The position numbers and the translations under genes were made by a program. This document shows, in pieces, positions 49,590-59,573 of a stretch of 64,000 bases of DNA (position 1 is its first letter; each line of letters opens with the position of its first letter). Under the pieces are notes generated by a model. The model was not told the DNA's origin, did not search any database, and saw nothing but the letters and a program-made list of their open reading frames with translations. The DNA is from an uncultured delta proteobacterium. Its GTDB lineage: Bacteria; Myxococcota; Kuafuiibacteriia; Kuafuiibacteriales; Kuafuiibacteriaceae. Location: NCBI GenBank assembly GCA_963803435.1, contig CAWDML010000003.1:512001-576000 (forward strand), given 5' to 3'.

Positions 49590-51854
49590 TTAGGATTTGT
49601 CGGTCTCTGCGTAGCGTTTCTTGAGGAGGTAGCCGATGCATTCGGCGGTGCACTCCTTCTCGTATCCGTAGCGGTCCTTCATCCGGGTGATGGACCGCTG
49701 CGCGACCTCGAGCTCCCGCTCCTCGGCGTTGCGAATCTCGCCGTCGCCCAGGATATCGAGGACGTTCTTGATGGTCTTGGTGATCACCTTGCGCTGGCGG
49801 CGGTAGTAATCGATCTCCATCTTCTCGATGTAGCGGGGGAAGAGCGTCCGGTAGTTCGGGGTCTGGCCTGCGTGCTCGAGCCCCCAGGCGCCGATGCGGC
49901 CCAGCACCGCCCGGCGGAACTCCTCGCGGTCCTCACCCTCGGCGAGGAGCACGCGCTCGACCTCGCGCATCATGTCCTCGTCGGCCGGTAGATAGCGCCC
50001 CGTGACCTTGTCCAGCAGCTTGGCCTTCTTCACGTGGTGCGACGCGTGCAGCACGTACTTCGCGAACAGCTGCTCGTGCTGCGCCTCCTCGACCAGCCCC
50101 ATCGAGGTGCGGAACTCCTCGTCGAGGAGATCGAGCCACCACTCCTCCACCTGATCGATGAAGCGCGGAGAGTCGTGGTAGCCCTCGCGCGGCTCCTGCT
50201 TGAGGAAGCCGTAGATCGAGGGATCGCGGACCAGCTCGCGCAGCTCCTCGAACACCGGCAGCGGCGTGAGGCAGCGGTGGTCGGGGTGGTGGGCGGCGTT
50301 GAGGATCATGGTCCGGATCTCGCGCGCCGAGGCCCCGGTCTGTCCCTCGTAGTAGAGGACGGTGCGGTACTCGTCGTAGATCCCTGCGATCGCCTGCTGC
50401 AGCTCCCGCATCTCCTGTTCGCTGCACCAGCGCGGCACCTCTCCGGTGTTGTAGAGGTCGAGCTTCTCGAGCGGCTTCAGCCGGCGGACGATGTTCTTCA
50501 CCTTGCCGGAGTAGTGATCGGGGTCCGGCCACTTGAGCCGCGTGAGCACAGCCCACATCGCTGCCACCTCCACCACGTGCGGGGCCAGCGGCTTGTCGAT
50601 CGTGGTGGGCGTGATCTGGCGGGTGTAGATCTCGATCTCGTCGGAGAAGCGGCGCAGGTAGGGGACCCGCACCAGCTCGATGCGCCCCTTGAAGCTGTTC
50701 CAGTCCGGATACTCCTTGAAGGCCTCCAGCTGTTTCTCGTTCGACGAGCCGATCAGCACCTCGTCGAGGTGGATCATGAACTGCGGCAGCGAGGCGGTGG
50801 CCTCCTCGCTGGTGGTGAGGAGGTACTTGAAGGCCTCGATCGGTCGCTTCAGGAGATCGGCGAACTCGAGCATCCCGCGGTTCGCGGAGACCAGCGGGCC
50901 GTGGATCTCGAACAGCGGCACGCTCTGGAGGGCCCGCGGCAGGTTCGCGATCGACCGATCGGCGGTGATCTGCTGCGCGTTGGCGTCGACGTGCATCTGC
51001 GGCTCGACCGTGGCGATCGCGCGGCCGTACTTCGAGGAGACGTAGAACCGCTCCACCTGGATGTGGCGGAGCACCTCCATGTGGTCGCCGTCGTTGGCCA
51101 TCAGGAGGGCGTCGTAGATCGCGCGATCCCGCGGCGAGAGGTCGCCCTCGAGGATGTAGCGGGAGACGGCGAAGTCCGCGGGGATCTCGCCGCTCTCGCG
51201 GAGGCGCTTCACCAGCGCGATCCGCTCGGAACGCGGGAGGAGGAAGATCGGATGATCGCGCAGCTCGCAGGGGAGGCGGGCGTCGATCTGCTCCGTCGAC
51301 AGGTGCGCGTAGCTCCCTCCGGCGCTCGGTCGATCCTCCTTCTCGCTCGTGCCGAAGCCGAGGCGGCCCTTCACGATCTTCTCGGACGGGAAGATCCACG
51401 AGTACGAGTACAGCGCCCCTGCGGGGGTCTTCGAGTAGTGCTCCATCCCGGCTTGGATGCAGTGCACCAGGGACGACTTGGCCGAGCCGTTGGGTCCATG
51501 GAGGAGCACCAGCTTGGAGACGCGGCCGTCGCGGACGAAGTTCGAGACCAGGCGATAGATCTCGTTTTGAACCGCCTCCTGTCCCGAGACGCGGCCGTCG
51601 CCGTCGGACCAGGGCGCGTCGAAGAGCTTGTAGCGGAGGATGTCTCCGGTCGGCAGCCGGCGGAGCTCCGTGCCGTAGTAGTCGAAGACATCCTGGATGT
51701 ACTGGCTCGCGCTCCGCAGGTTCTGGGCGGGACGCTCGAGCAACAGCGTGAACCACTCCTCGAAGCTCAGCAGCGTGCGGTCGTCGTCGAATGCCTGTTT
51801 GACCCGGCCGGCAAGCCCCATCAGGAGCTCGCCCGCTTCTATCTCCTTCGACAC
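49590..51854 (-). CDS. prkA: PrkA/YeaG-family AAA+ serine protein kinase
   Basis: LLHGPNGSAKSS, ANRGMLEFADLLK, IGSSNE, VPYLRR, WAVLTRL and EGQTGASARE. Confidence 0.88.
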   Translation of the reverse strand: MSKEIEAGELLMGLAGRVKQAFDDDRTLLSFEEWFTLLLERPAQNLRSASQYIQDVFDYYGTELRRLPTGDILRYKLFDAPWSDGDGRVSGQEAVQNEIYRLVSNFVRDGRVSKLVLLHGPNGSAKSSLVHCIQAGMEHYSKTPAGALYSYSWIFPSEKIVKGRLGFGTSEKEDRPSAGGSYAHLSTEQIDARLPCELRDHPIFLLPRSERIALVKRLRESGEIPADFAVSRYILEGDLSPRDRAIYDALLMANDGDHMEVLRHIQVERFYVSSKYGRAIATVEPQMHVDANAQQITADRSIANLPRALQSVPLFEIHGPLVSANRGMLEFADLLKRPIEAFKYLLTTSEEATASLPQFMIHLDEVLIGSSNEKQLEAFKEYPDWNSFKGRIELVRVPYLRRFSDEIEIYTRQITPTTIDKPLAPHVVEVAAMWAVLTRLKWPDPDHYSGKVKNIVRRLKPLEKLDLYNTGEVPRWCSEQEMRELQQAIAGIYDEYRTVLYYEGQTGASAREIRTMILNAAHHPDHRCLTPLPVFEELRELVRDPSIYGFLKQEPREGYHDSPRFIDQVEEWWLDLLDEEFRTSMGLVEEAQHEQLFAKYVLHASHHVKKAKLLDKVTGRYLPADEDMMREVERVLLAEGEDREEFRRAVLGRIGAWGLEHAGQTPNYRTLFPRYIEKMEIDYYRRQRKVITKTIKNVLDILGDGEIRNAEERELEVAQRSITRMKDRYGYEKECTAECIGYLLKKRYAETDKS

Positions 51855-51872
51855 GATTCTGGTTTAACGCGA

Positions 51873-52181
51873 CTAGGGCTGCTTGAGAATGGCGATGAAG
51901 ATGACGAGCAGATACAGGCCGATGCAGGCCAGCCCGACGAGGAGCGTACCCTTGTCGAATCCGAGCGAGCTCTTCAGCGCCCGGGCCACCTGCCGGTTCT
52001 CCTCCGAGAGGTCCGAATCTGCGAGCGCCTCGTCGAAGAGCTGGCGCGCCGCGACGTAATCGCCCCGGGCGAAGGTGTCGATGGCGGGGGCCAGCGGTCC
52101 GGAAAGGGTCGCGCTCCGCTTGTTCTTCCCCTTCGGCTCTCCCTTCGCGGCCGGCTTCGCCGTCTTTCGTTTCTTCGCCAC
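51873..52181 (-). CDS. Small membrane protein with a C-terminal TM helix
   Basis: Basic N-terminus, FARGDYVAAR helix, and C-terminal hydrophobic segment LLVGLACIGLYLLVIFIAIL. Confidence 0.7.
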   Translation of the reverse strand: MAKKRKTAKPAAKGEPKGKNKRSATLSGPLAPAIDTFARGDYVAARQLFDEALADSDLSEENRQVARALKSSLGFDKGTLLVGLACIGLYLLVIFIAILKQP

Positions 52182-52275
52182 GGCCGGGACCGTACACCGC
52201 GCACTGAACGCAGATCTAGGTGGGCGATCAGCGCTTGGGTACTTTCATCCAAGTCTTTGATTTCGTGGCAGAACC

Positions 52276-52304
52276 TTGACGACCCCCAAGGCCTCCCGTA
52301 CCGT
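52276..52304 (+). promoter_or_regulatory. Sigma70-type promoter of the dcw cluster
   Basis: TTGACG (52276-52281), 17 bp, TACCGT (52299-52304). Confidence 0.65.
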
Positions 52305-52308
52305 GCCG

Positions 52309-52355
52309 AAGTGGTGGAAAGTGGATTGAAGTGGATCGAATAGCCACTCTTGTGG
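52309..52355 (+). promoter_or_regulatory. MraZ binding repeats
   Basis: AAGTGG at 52309, 52319 and 52329 (10-bp period) plus GTGG at 52352, directly upstream of mraZ. This matches the known GTGG-N6 repeated operator. Confidence 0.8.
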
Positions 52356-52377
52356 ATCCATTTTCCCAGGCGGTCCC

Positions 52378-52827
52378 ATGTTTCGCGGTCGGTACGAGCA
52401 CAGTCTGGATGCGAAGGGGCGCCTCGCGCTTCCCGCTGCGTTCAAGAAGGCGCTCTCCAAGACGGGCGACGAGATCCTCATCGTCACCACGCACATCTCA
52501 TCGCCGTGTCTCGTCGCGTACCCGCCCGGCGAGTGGGAGGCGTTCGAGCAGCGCCTCGCGAAGCTCCCGCAGTTCGAGCCGAGCGTGATGATGCTGCGGC
52601 GGCTCTACGTGGGCGGCGCGATGGAGTGCGCGATCGACAAGCAGGGCCGCATGCTGATCCCACCGGTGCTGCGGGAGTACGCGAACCTCGAGCGGGAGGC
52701 GTGCTGGGTCGGCGGGATGAAGACGCTCGAGATCTGGTCCAAGAAGAGCTGGTTCGAGATCGTCGAGGATGCACGCAAGGACGTCGGTGCCGACGTGCTG
52801 GCCAAGCTCGGCGAGCTGGGGATCTGA
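52378..52827 (+). CDS. mraZ: Division/cell wall cluster transcriptional repressor MraZ
   Basis: MFRGRYEHSLDAKGRL, DKQGRMLIP and EIWS. Confidence 0.97.
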   Translation: MFRGRYEHSLDAKGRLALPAAFKKALSKTGDEILIVTTHISSPCLVAYPPGEWEAFEQRLAKLPQFEPSVMMLRRLYVGGAMECAIDKQGRMLIPPVLREYANLEREACWVGGMKTLEIWSKKSWFEIVEDARKDVGADVLAKLGELGI

Positions 52828-52833
52828 TCGGTG

Positions 52834-53769
52834 ATGGACCACGAGATCCACCAGTCCGTCCTCCTCGAGGAAGCGGTCGCGGGGCTGATGCCCCGGACCG
52901 ACGGCATCTACCTCGACGCGACCTGCGGCCTCGGCGGACACACCGAGGCCCTCCTCGAGGCCTCCTCACCGGGCGGCCGCGTCCTCGCGATCGATCGCGA
53001 CCCGGCCGCGATCGAGCTGGCGACCGGCCGGCTGTCGCGCTTCGGCGATCGCGTGACGCTGGTCGAGGGCGACTTCTCCGAGCTGCGCATCTACGCGGAG
53101 GCGAGCGATCACTTCCCGGCGGACGGCGTGATCGCCGACCTGGGCGTGTCGTCGCTCCAGCTCGACGATGCCGAGCGCGGCTTCTCGTTCCGGAGCTCGG
53201 GGCCGCTCGACATGCGCATGGGGCCTCGGGTCGGAGCCACCGCTGCCGAGCTCCTGGAGTCGTTCACGATCGAGGAGCTGGCCGCCGTGCTCAGGGAGTT
53301 CGGAGAGATCGCGCGGCCCAAGCACGTGGCCAACGCCATCCTGATCGCGCGCGACGCCGGCAAGCTCAACACGACCGCCGATCTGGCGGAGGTGATCGAT
53401 CTCGTCGGCGGCGGGAAGAAGCCGTCGCAGATCCACCCGGCCACGCGCGCGTTTCAGGCCATCCGTATCGCGGTTAACCGCGAGCTGGAGGAGCTGGCCG
53501 GCCTGCTCCAGGTATTGCCGGAGCTGCTGAGGCCGGGCGGTCGCGCGGCGATCATCTCCTTTCACAGCCTCGAGGATCGCCTGGTGAAGCGCGCCTTCGC
53601 CGATCCCGAGGAGGATCCGGAGTTGGCGAGGCTGCCGATCGAGAAGAAGAGGGGACCGTTCTTCGCGATCACCAAGAAGCCGATCACGCCCTCGTCCGAA
53701 GAGGTGAAGGCGAACCCGCGGTCCCGCAGCGCGAAGCTTCGGCTCGCCGAGCGGAGGAGCGAGGGATGA
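52834..53769 (+). CDS. rsmH: 16S rRNA (C1402-N4) methyltransferase
   Basis: HQSVLL, DATCGLGGH, DLGVSSLQLD, GPLDMRM, SFHSLEDR and NPRSRSAKLR. Confidence 0.97.
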   Translation: MDHEIHQSVLLEEAVAGLMPRTDGIYLDATCGLGGHTEALLEASSPGGRVLAIDRDPAAIELATGRLSRFGDRVTLVEGDFSELRIYAEASDHFPADGVIADLGVSSLQLDDAERGFSFRSSGPLDMRMGPRVGATAAELLESFTIEELAAVLREFGEIARPKHVANAILIARDAGKLNTTADLAEVIDLVGGGKKPSQIHPATRAFQAIRIAVNRELEELAGLLQVLPELLRPGGRAAIISFHSLEDRLVKRAFADPEEDPELARLPIEKKRGPFFAITKKPITPSSEEVKANPRSRSAKLRLAERRSEG

Positions 53770-54053
53770 GCAAGGTGCGGAGGTTCGAGCTGGGCCCCAT
53801 CGGGACGAGCGTGGCGGTCGCGCTGCCCGTGGTGATGGCCGCGCTGTTCTATGTATGGACCAACGTCACCACGGTGCGCCTCGGCTACCAGCTCTCGGAG
53901 GCGGCCAAGACGCAGCGCGAGCTGAGCGAGGAGAACCGGGGGCTGCGGGTGGAGGTGGCGGCGCTCAAGGCCCCCGATCGGCTCCAGCGCCTGGCGAAGC
54001 TCCAGCTGGGGCTGGCGCCGCCCAAGACCGAACAGGTGATCCAGGTCGAGTAA
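53766..54053 (+). CDS. ftsL: Cell division protein FtsL
   Basis: TM helix plus leucine-zipper coiled coil, located between rsmH and ftsI. Confidence 0.88.
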   Translation: MSKVRRFELGPIGTSVAVALPVVMAALFYVWTNVTTVRLGYQLSEAAKTQRELSEENRGLRVEVAALKAPDRLQRLAKLQLGLAPPKTEQVIQVE

Positions 54054-54056
54054 CAC

Positions 54057-56327
54057 GTGGCGGCGCGGGTCAAATCGAAGCGGGGCGGACCCGAGCAGCT
54101 GCAGGCGCGGCTCGGGTCGACGACCTCGACGATCCGGCGGGCGCGCCGGCAGGTGAAGCACGAGCGCGCCTCGCGGACCAAGGGACGGACGCGCACGGCG
54201 GTGAAGCGCGCGCCCTCGACGGACGAGCTCCCGGGCCGCTGGCGGATCCGGATCGTCGGCGTCCTGATGCTCGGCTTCGCCTCGGTGGTGCTGGGGCGGG
54301 CGGCGCAGCTGCAGCTGGTGGAGGGCGAGCGCTACGGTGACGCGGCGGAGCGTCAGGCCACCATGTCGTCCCGGCTGCAGGCCAAGCGCGGCGTGATCCA
54401 GGATCGGCACGGCGCTGAGCTCGCGATCACCGTCGACGTCGACACGGTCTTCGCGGAGCCCCGCCGCGTAGAGGATCCCGACGCCGCCGCCCGCGCGCTG
54501 GCCCCGATCCTCTCGATCAACCCGCGCTCGCTCTCGCGCAGGCTCTCGAGCGACCGCGCCTTTACGTACCTCTCCCGCCGGGTCGACGCCTCCACCTCCG
54601 AGAAGGTGCGGCGTCTCGGCCTGCGCGGGATCGGGATCCAGCCCGAACCCAAGCGCTTCTACAGCAACATCGAGCTGGCGGCGCACGTCCTGGGCTTCAC
54701 CGGCTGGGACGGCAAGGGACGCACGGGCATCGAGCGCGCGTTCGACGGCGAGCTCCGCGGCAAGAGCTACGAGGTCCCCAGTCTGCGCGACGCGCTCGGC
54801 AACCAGGTGCTCGCCGACGGCTTCGTCCCGCAGTCGGTGCTCGAAGGCGCGGACGTTCAACTCACGATCGATCGCGAGATCCAACACGCCGCCGAGGAGG
54901 CGCTCGCAGAGGCGGTGCACGCGAACGCCGCCAAGTCCGGCGTCGCGATCGTGCTGGATCCGTACAACGGCGACGTGCTCGCGATGGCGAGCGTCCCCAC
55001 GTACAACCCGAACAACCTCTCCGGGACCAAGCCCGAGGATCGGCTGAACCGGGCGGTGAGCGCGGTCTACGAGCCGGGCTCGACGCTCAAGATGGTGACG
55101 ATCGCGGCGGCCCTGGAGGAAGGCGAGCTGACGCCGAAGAGCACGATCGACTGCGAGGGCGGCAAGTGGAAGGTCGGCGGGCGCACGATCGCGGACGCGG
55201 ATCACGAGTTCGATCGGCTGACCGTCGCCGAGATCATGAAGGTCTCCTCGAACATCTGCGCGGCCAAGATCGGCCTGCAACTGGGGCGCGAGCGGCTGTA
55301 CGGCTGGCTCACCAAGTTCGGCTTCGGGGAGACGACCGGCATCGAGCTACCCGGTGAGCTGCGCGGGCTGGTGCGGCCTTGGAGCGAGTGGCGCGAGATC
55401 GCGCTGGCCAACATCGCCTTCGGGCAGGGCATCGCAGTGACGCCGCTCCAGGTGGCGCAGGCGGCCGCGGTGATCGCGAACGGCGGCGAGCTGGTGCGGC
55501 CGCGCGTGGTCAAGACGATCCGGAGGTCGGGTGTCTCCGAGGTGCCCGAGCGTCCGGAGCGGCGCCGCGTCCTCTCCCGGCAGACTGCAAGCCAGCTTGC
55601 GCGTATGATGATCGAGGTGACGAGGGACGGCGGCACCGCCCCGGCGGCGCAGGTGCCGGGCTTCGCGGTGGCGGGCAAGACGGGGACCGCACAGAAGATC
55701 GATCCGGTCACGCACGCGTACTCGCACGAGCTCCACACGGCCAGCTTCGTCGGCTTCGTGCCGGCGGATCGACCGGAGGTGGTGATCCTGGTCCTCATCG
55801 ACGAGCCGTCCGGCAGCGCGTACTACGGCGGATTGATCGCGGCGCCCGCCTTCAAGTCGATCGCGCTGGCGGCGTTGACCGCGCGGGAGGTCTTCCCGGA
55901 GAACCGGGAGGCGAAGGCGCGGTTCCTCGAGAGCTACCAGGCGGCCCGTGTCGTGAGGACGCCTTCGCCGGTGGCGGCGGTCGAGCCGGGCCCGTCGCAG
56001 GACGGGGAGCTGGCCGACGCCAAGTCGCTGGAATTAGTGGAGGATCTGCAGAATCGGCCCGACCTTCGCCTCGACGATGCCCTTTCGTCTTCGGCGCAGG
56101 CGCTGCTCGGTTTGGAGGTGGCCAAGGTCGCAGGGCCGGCGCCGCGCGGGGACGGGAGGATGCCCGACTTCGCGGGTCTCGAGCTTCACGAAGTGCTAAA
56201 CCGTTCGGCAGAGATCCGCTGCGACCCGGTCGTCGTCGGCACGGGTCGAGTCGTCTCACAGTCGCCGCGTGCGGGATCGAAGATCGACCCGGGCGCCTCG
56301 TGCGAGCTGAGGCTGGCGGACCACTGA
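54057..56327 (+). CDS. ftsI: Penicillin-binding protein 3 (FtsI) with a C-terminal PASTA domain
   Basis: RGVIQDRHG, EPGSTLK (SxxK), SSN and GKTGTAQK; C-terminal MPDFAG...GTGRVVSQSP. Confidence 0.93.
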   Translation: MAARVKSKRGGPEQLQARLGSTTSTIRRARRQVKHERASRTKGRTRTAVKRAPSTDELPGRWRIRIVGVLMLGFASVVLGRAAQLQLVEGERYGDAAERQATMSSRLQAKRGVIQDRHGAELAITVDVDTVFAEPRRVEDPDAAARALAPILSINPRSLSRRLSSDRAFTYLSRRVDASTSEKVRRLGLRGIGIQPEPKRFYSNIELAAHVLGFTGWDGKGRTGIERAFDGELRGKSYEVPSLRDALGNQVLADGFVPQSVLEGADVQLTIDREIQHAAEEALAEAVHANAAKSGVAIVLDPYNGDVLAMASVPTYNPNNLSGTKPEDRLNRAVSAVYEPGSTLKMVTIAAALEEGELTPKSTIDCEGGKWKVGGRTIADADHEFDRLTVAEIMKVSSNICAAKIGLQLGRERLYGWLTKFGFGETTGIELPGELRGLVRPWSEWREIALANIAFGQGIAVTPLQVAQAAAVIANGGELVRPRVVKTIRRSGVSEVPERPERRRVLSRQTASQLARMMIEVTRDGGTAPAAQVPGFAVAGKTGTAQKIDPVTHAYSHELHTASFVGFVPADRPEVVILVLIDEPSGSAYYGGLIAAPAFKSIALAALTAREVFPENREAKARFLESYQAARVVRTPSPVAAVEPGPSQDGELADAKSLELVEDLQNRPDLRLDDALSSSAQALLGLEVAKVAGPAPRGDGRMPDFAGLELHEVLNRSAEIRCDPVVVGTGRVVSQSPRAGSKIDPGASCELRLADH

Positions 56328-56339
56328 GTGGGAGCACGA

Positions 56340-58188
56340 ATGAGGTTGGACGAGATCATCCGAGGTATCGCGATCACCGATCGGCGGGGACGCTTCGACG
56401 GCGAGGTCGCGCGTATCACCTGCGACTCCCGGCAGGTCACTTCGGGCGACCTGTTCGTGGCGGTGCGCGGCGGTGCGGCCGACGGACACGACTTCATCGG
56501 GCAGGCGCTCGCCAAGGGCGCCGCGGGGATCCTGGGTGAGAGCTGGCCGAACGAGATGGCGGCGACCAACGGCGAACGCCCCAACGTCGTCCTGGTCCCG
56601 AACTCGCGCCGCGCGCTCGCCCTGACCGCCGCCAACTTCTACGGACAGCCCTCTAAGAAGCTCCACGTCGCCGGCGTCACCGGCACCAACGGCAAGACCA
56701 CGGTCACGTACATCCTCGAGTCGATCGTGAAGGCGACCTCGAAGCGCGTCGGCGTCATCGGCACGGTCGAGTGCCGCTACGCCGGCAAGGTGGAGGCGCT
56801 CGATTTCACCACGCCGGACGCGATCGTGCTCCAGCAGAAGCTGCGCGAGATGCTCGACGCCCGGTGTACGCACGTGGTGATGGAGGTCTCGAGCCACGCG
56901 CTCGAGCAGCAGCGCGTCGCCGGCGTGCACTTCAAGGTCGCGGGCTTCACGAACCTCTCCCAGGATCACCTCGACTACCACGGCTCGCTGGAGGCCTACT
57001 TCGAGGCCAAGGCACGCCTCTTCTCCGAAGCGCTCCGCAAGAGTCGGGCGCGCGGCCGCATGGCGGTCGTCAACATCGACGATCCGCGCGGCCCCGCCAT
57101 CCTGGAGCGATGGGGCGGCAAGTCGCTCCGCGTCTCCATCGATCCCAGCTCCGGCGCCGACGTGGTGGCGCTCGAGGCCACGTACAGCCTCGACGGCATC
57201 AGCGCGGTCGTTCGCACGTCCAAGGGAGTCTGGGAGATCCGCTCCGCGCTGATCGGACAGCACAACCTCTCGAACATCCTGGTGGCGCTGGGCATGGCGC
57301 TGGCGATGGGCATCTCCAAGGCCCGGATCATGCGGGGCCTGGCGGCGCTCGAGCGCGTCCCGGGACGGCTCGAGCGGATCCCGAGCGACGACGGCAAGAA
57401 GAACGTGTTCGTCGACTACGCGCACACCCCGGATGCCCTCACCAAGGTGCTGGCAGCGCTGCGCCCGCTGACGGCCGGCCGCCTGATCGTGGTGTTCGGG
57501 TGCGGCGGCGATCGGGACAAGGCGAAGCGCGCGCTGATGGGCAAGGCCGTCGCGGAAGGCGCGGATCTGGCCATCGTCACCAACGACAACCCCCGCAGCG
57601 AGGATCCCAACCAGATCGCGGCCGCGATCGAGCAGGGGCTCTCGGCCGCCGGCTGGAAGAAGCAGTCCGGCCGGATGGAGCCGATGAGCTATCGCGTCGA
57701 TCTGGATCGGCGCGCCGCGATCCGGACCGGCATCGAGTGGCTCCGTCCCGAGGACGTGCTGGTCGTGGCCGGCAAGGGTCACGAGACCTATCAGATCATC
57801 GGGAGCCGCAAGCTGCGGTTCGACGATCGGGAGGAGGCGCGCCGGATCCTGGCCGGGCTGCCGCCGCCGCCGCCGATGGTGTTCGACGACTCGACTGCCG
57901 AGGTGGAGGCGGGGCAGGTCGAGGAGGTCGAGATCGAGGACAGCCTCGAGATCCTGGCCGAGGAGAATGCGCGTCCGGGCCCGACCACCGAGTCGGTGGA
58001 GCCGCTCGACGTGGTGGAGGCCGTCGATCTCGAGCCCGAGAATCGTCGGCGAGGTGACCGACGAGGACGACGCCGACGACGACGTGCTCGAGGTGATCGA
58101 GGTCGCCGAGGACGCCGACGAGGCCGAGGTGATCGAGGCGACGGAGGTGGTCAAGGACGGACTCCCCGAGGGAGACGGCAAGACTTGA
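56340..58188 (+). CDS. murE: UDP-MurNAc-L-Ala-D-Glu:meso-DAP ligase with an acidic tail (frameshift near 58041)
   Basis: GVTGTNGKTT, TTPD, MEVSSH, DHLDYH, DYAHTPD, DNPR and AGKGHE. The acidic tail continues in the frame ending at TGA 58186-58188 once one base is removed. Confidence 0.9.
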
Positions 58189-59573
58189 TCGCGCGGGCGT
58201 CCGAGTGGACCTCGCGAGAGGTCGCCGAGGTGGTCGGCGGGGCGCTCACCGGTCCGGAGGACCTGAGGATCGCCGGCATCGCCACGGATACGAGGGACGC
58301 GCTGGCCGGCTGTTTGTTCGTCGCGCTCCGCGGGGAGCGTTTCGACGCCCACGACTTCGTCGAGGGCGCGGTGGCGAAGGGGGCGCGGGCGCTCCTGGTC
58401 GAGCGCGCGGTGGAGGCGCCCTCCGAGCTGGCCGTGATCCGCGTCCCCGACTCGCTCTTCGCGCTCGGGGAGCTGGCCCAGGCGCACCGGAAGCGGATGC
58501 CGGCCCGGCGGGTGGCGCTCACCGGCTCGAACGGGAAGACCTCCACCAAGGAGATGCTGGCCGCGATCCTGGCTGTAGGTCTCCGCACGCTGAAGACCGA
58601 GGGCAACCTCAACAACCTGATCGGGTTGCCGATGACCGTGCTCGGGATCGGGGCCGAGCACGAGGTCGCCGTGATCGAGATGGGCATGAACACGCCGGGC
58701 GAGATCGCGCGCTACACCGAGATCGTGGATCCGGATGTGGGCATGGTGATCAACGTGGGTCCGGCGCACATCGGGATGCTCGGCTCGATGGAGGCGATCG
58801 CGCGCGCCAAGGGGGAGCTCTATCGAGGTCTGCGACCCGACGCGATCGCCGTGGTGAACGCGGACGATCCGCACGTGGTGAAGGCAGTGGAAGAGACCGG
58901 CGCGGAGCGGCGGTTGAGCTTCGGTCGAGGCGACGCGGACGTGAGGCTCCTTTCGGCCGTGGACTGGGGCGACGGCCAGCGGATCGGGGTCGCCGTCGCC
59001 ACCGAGGCGATCGACGTGGAGGTCCCGCTGGCAGGGGCGCACAACGCGCTCAACGCGACGGCGGCGATCGCGGCGGCCCACGCGCTGGGTGCGCCGCTCG
59101 AGTGGGCGATCCAGGGGCTGCCTCGGACCTCGCGGGTGGCGCGGCGGCTGTCGGCGGAGACGGTCGGTCCCTACCTCCTGGTCGACGACTGCTACAACGC
59201 GAACGCCGCCTCGATGACCGCGGCGCTCACGACCGTCGGCGCCCGCGCGGCGCGCGAAGGTCGCCGGCTGGTGGCCCTGCTCGGTGAGATGCGGGAGCTG
59301 GGCGGTTTCTCGGCCGAGCTCCACGCGTCGGTGGGGCGGACCGCGGTCGAGAGCGGTGCAGTCCTGGTGGCGGCCTTCGGACCAGAGGCGCAGCCGATCG
59401 CAGAGGCGGCCGCGACGGCCGGCGTCGACGCGCGGCACGAGGCCGGCGATCTGGAGGCGCTCTTCTCCTGGCTCCGCGATCGGCTCCAGCCGCGGGACGT
59501 CATCCTGGTGAAGGGGTCGCGAGGTATCCGCATGGAGCGATTCATCGAGCGTCTGAAGCAGGAGGTGGAGTGA
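58185..59573 (+). CDS. murF: UDP-MurNAc-tripeptide:D-Ala-D-Ala ligase
   Basis: TTG start overlapping TGA; LTGSNGKTSTKE, NLNNLIG, EMGMN, DCYNAN, GEMRELG and KGSRG. Confidence 0.93.
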   Translation: MIARASEWTSREVAEVVGGALTGPEDLRIAGIATDTRDALAGCLFVALRGERFDAHDFVEGAVAKGARALLVERAVEAPSELAVIRVPDSLFALGELAQAHRKRMPARRVALTGSNGKTSTKEMLAAILAVGLRTLKTEGNLNNLIGLPMTVLGIGAEHEVAVIEMGMNTPGEIARYTEIVDPDVGMVINVGPAHIGMLGSMEAIARAKGELYRGLRPDAIAVVNADDPHVVKAVEETGAERRLSFGRGDADVRLLSAVDWGDGQRIGVAVATEAIDVEVPLAGAHNALNATAAIAAAHALGAPLEWAIQGLPRTSRVARRLSAETVGPYLLVDDCYNANAASMTAALTTVGARAAREGRRLVALLGEMRELGGFSAELHASVGRTAVESGAVLVAAFGPEAQPIAEAAATAGVDARHEAGDLEALFSWLRDRLQPRDVILVKGSRGIRMERFIERLKQEVE

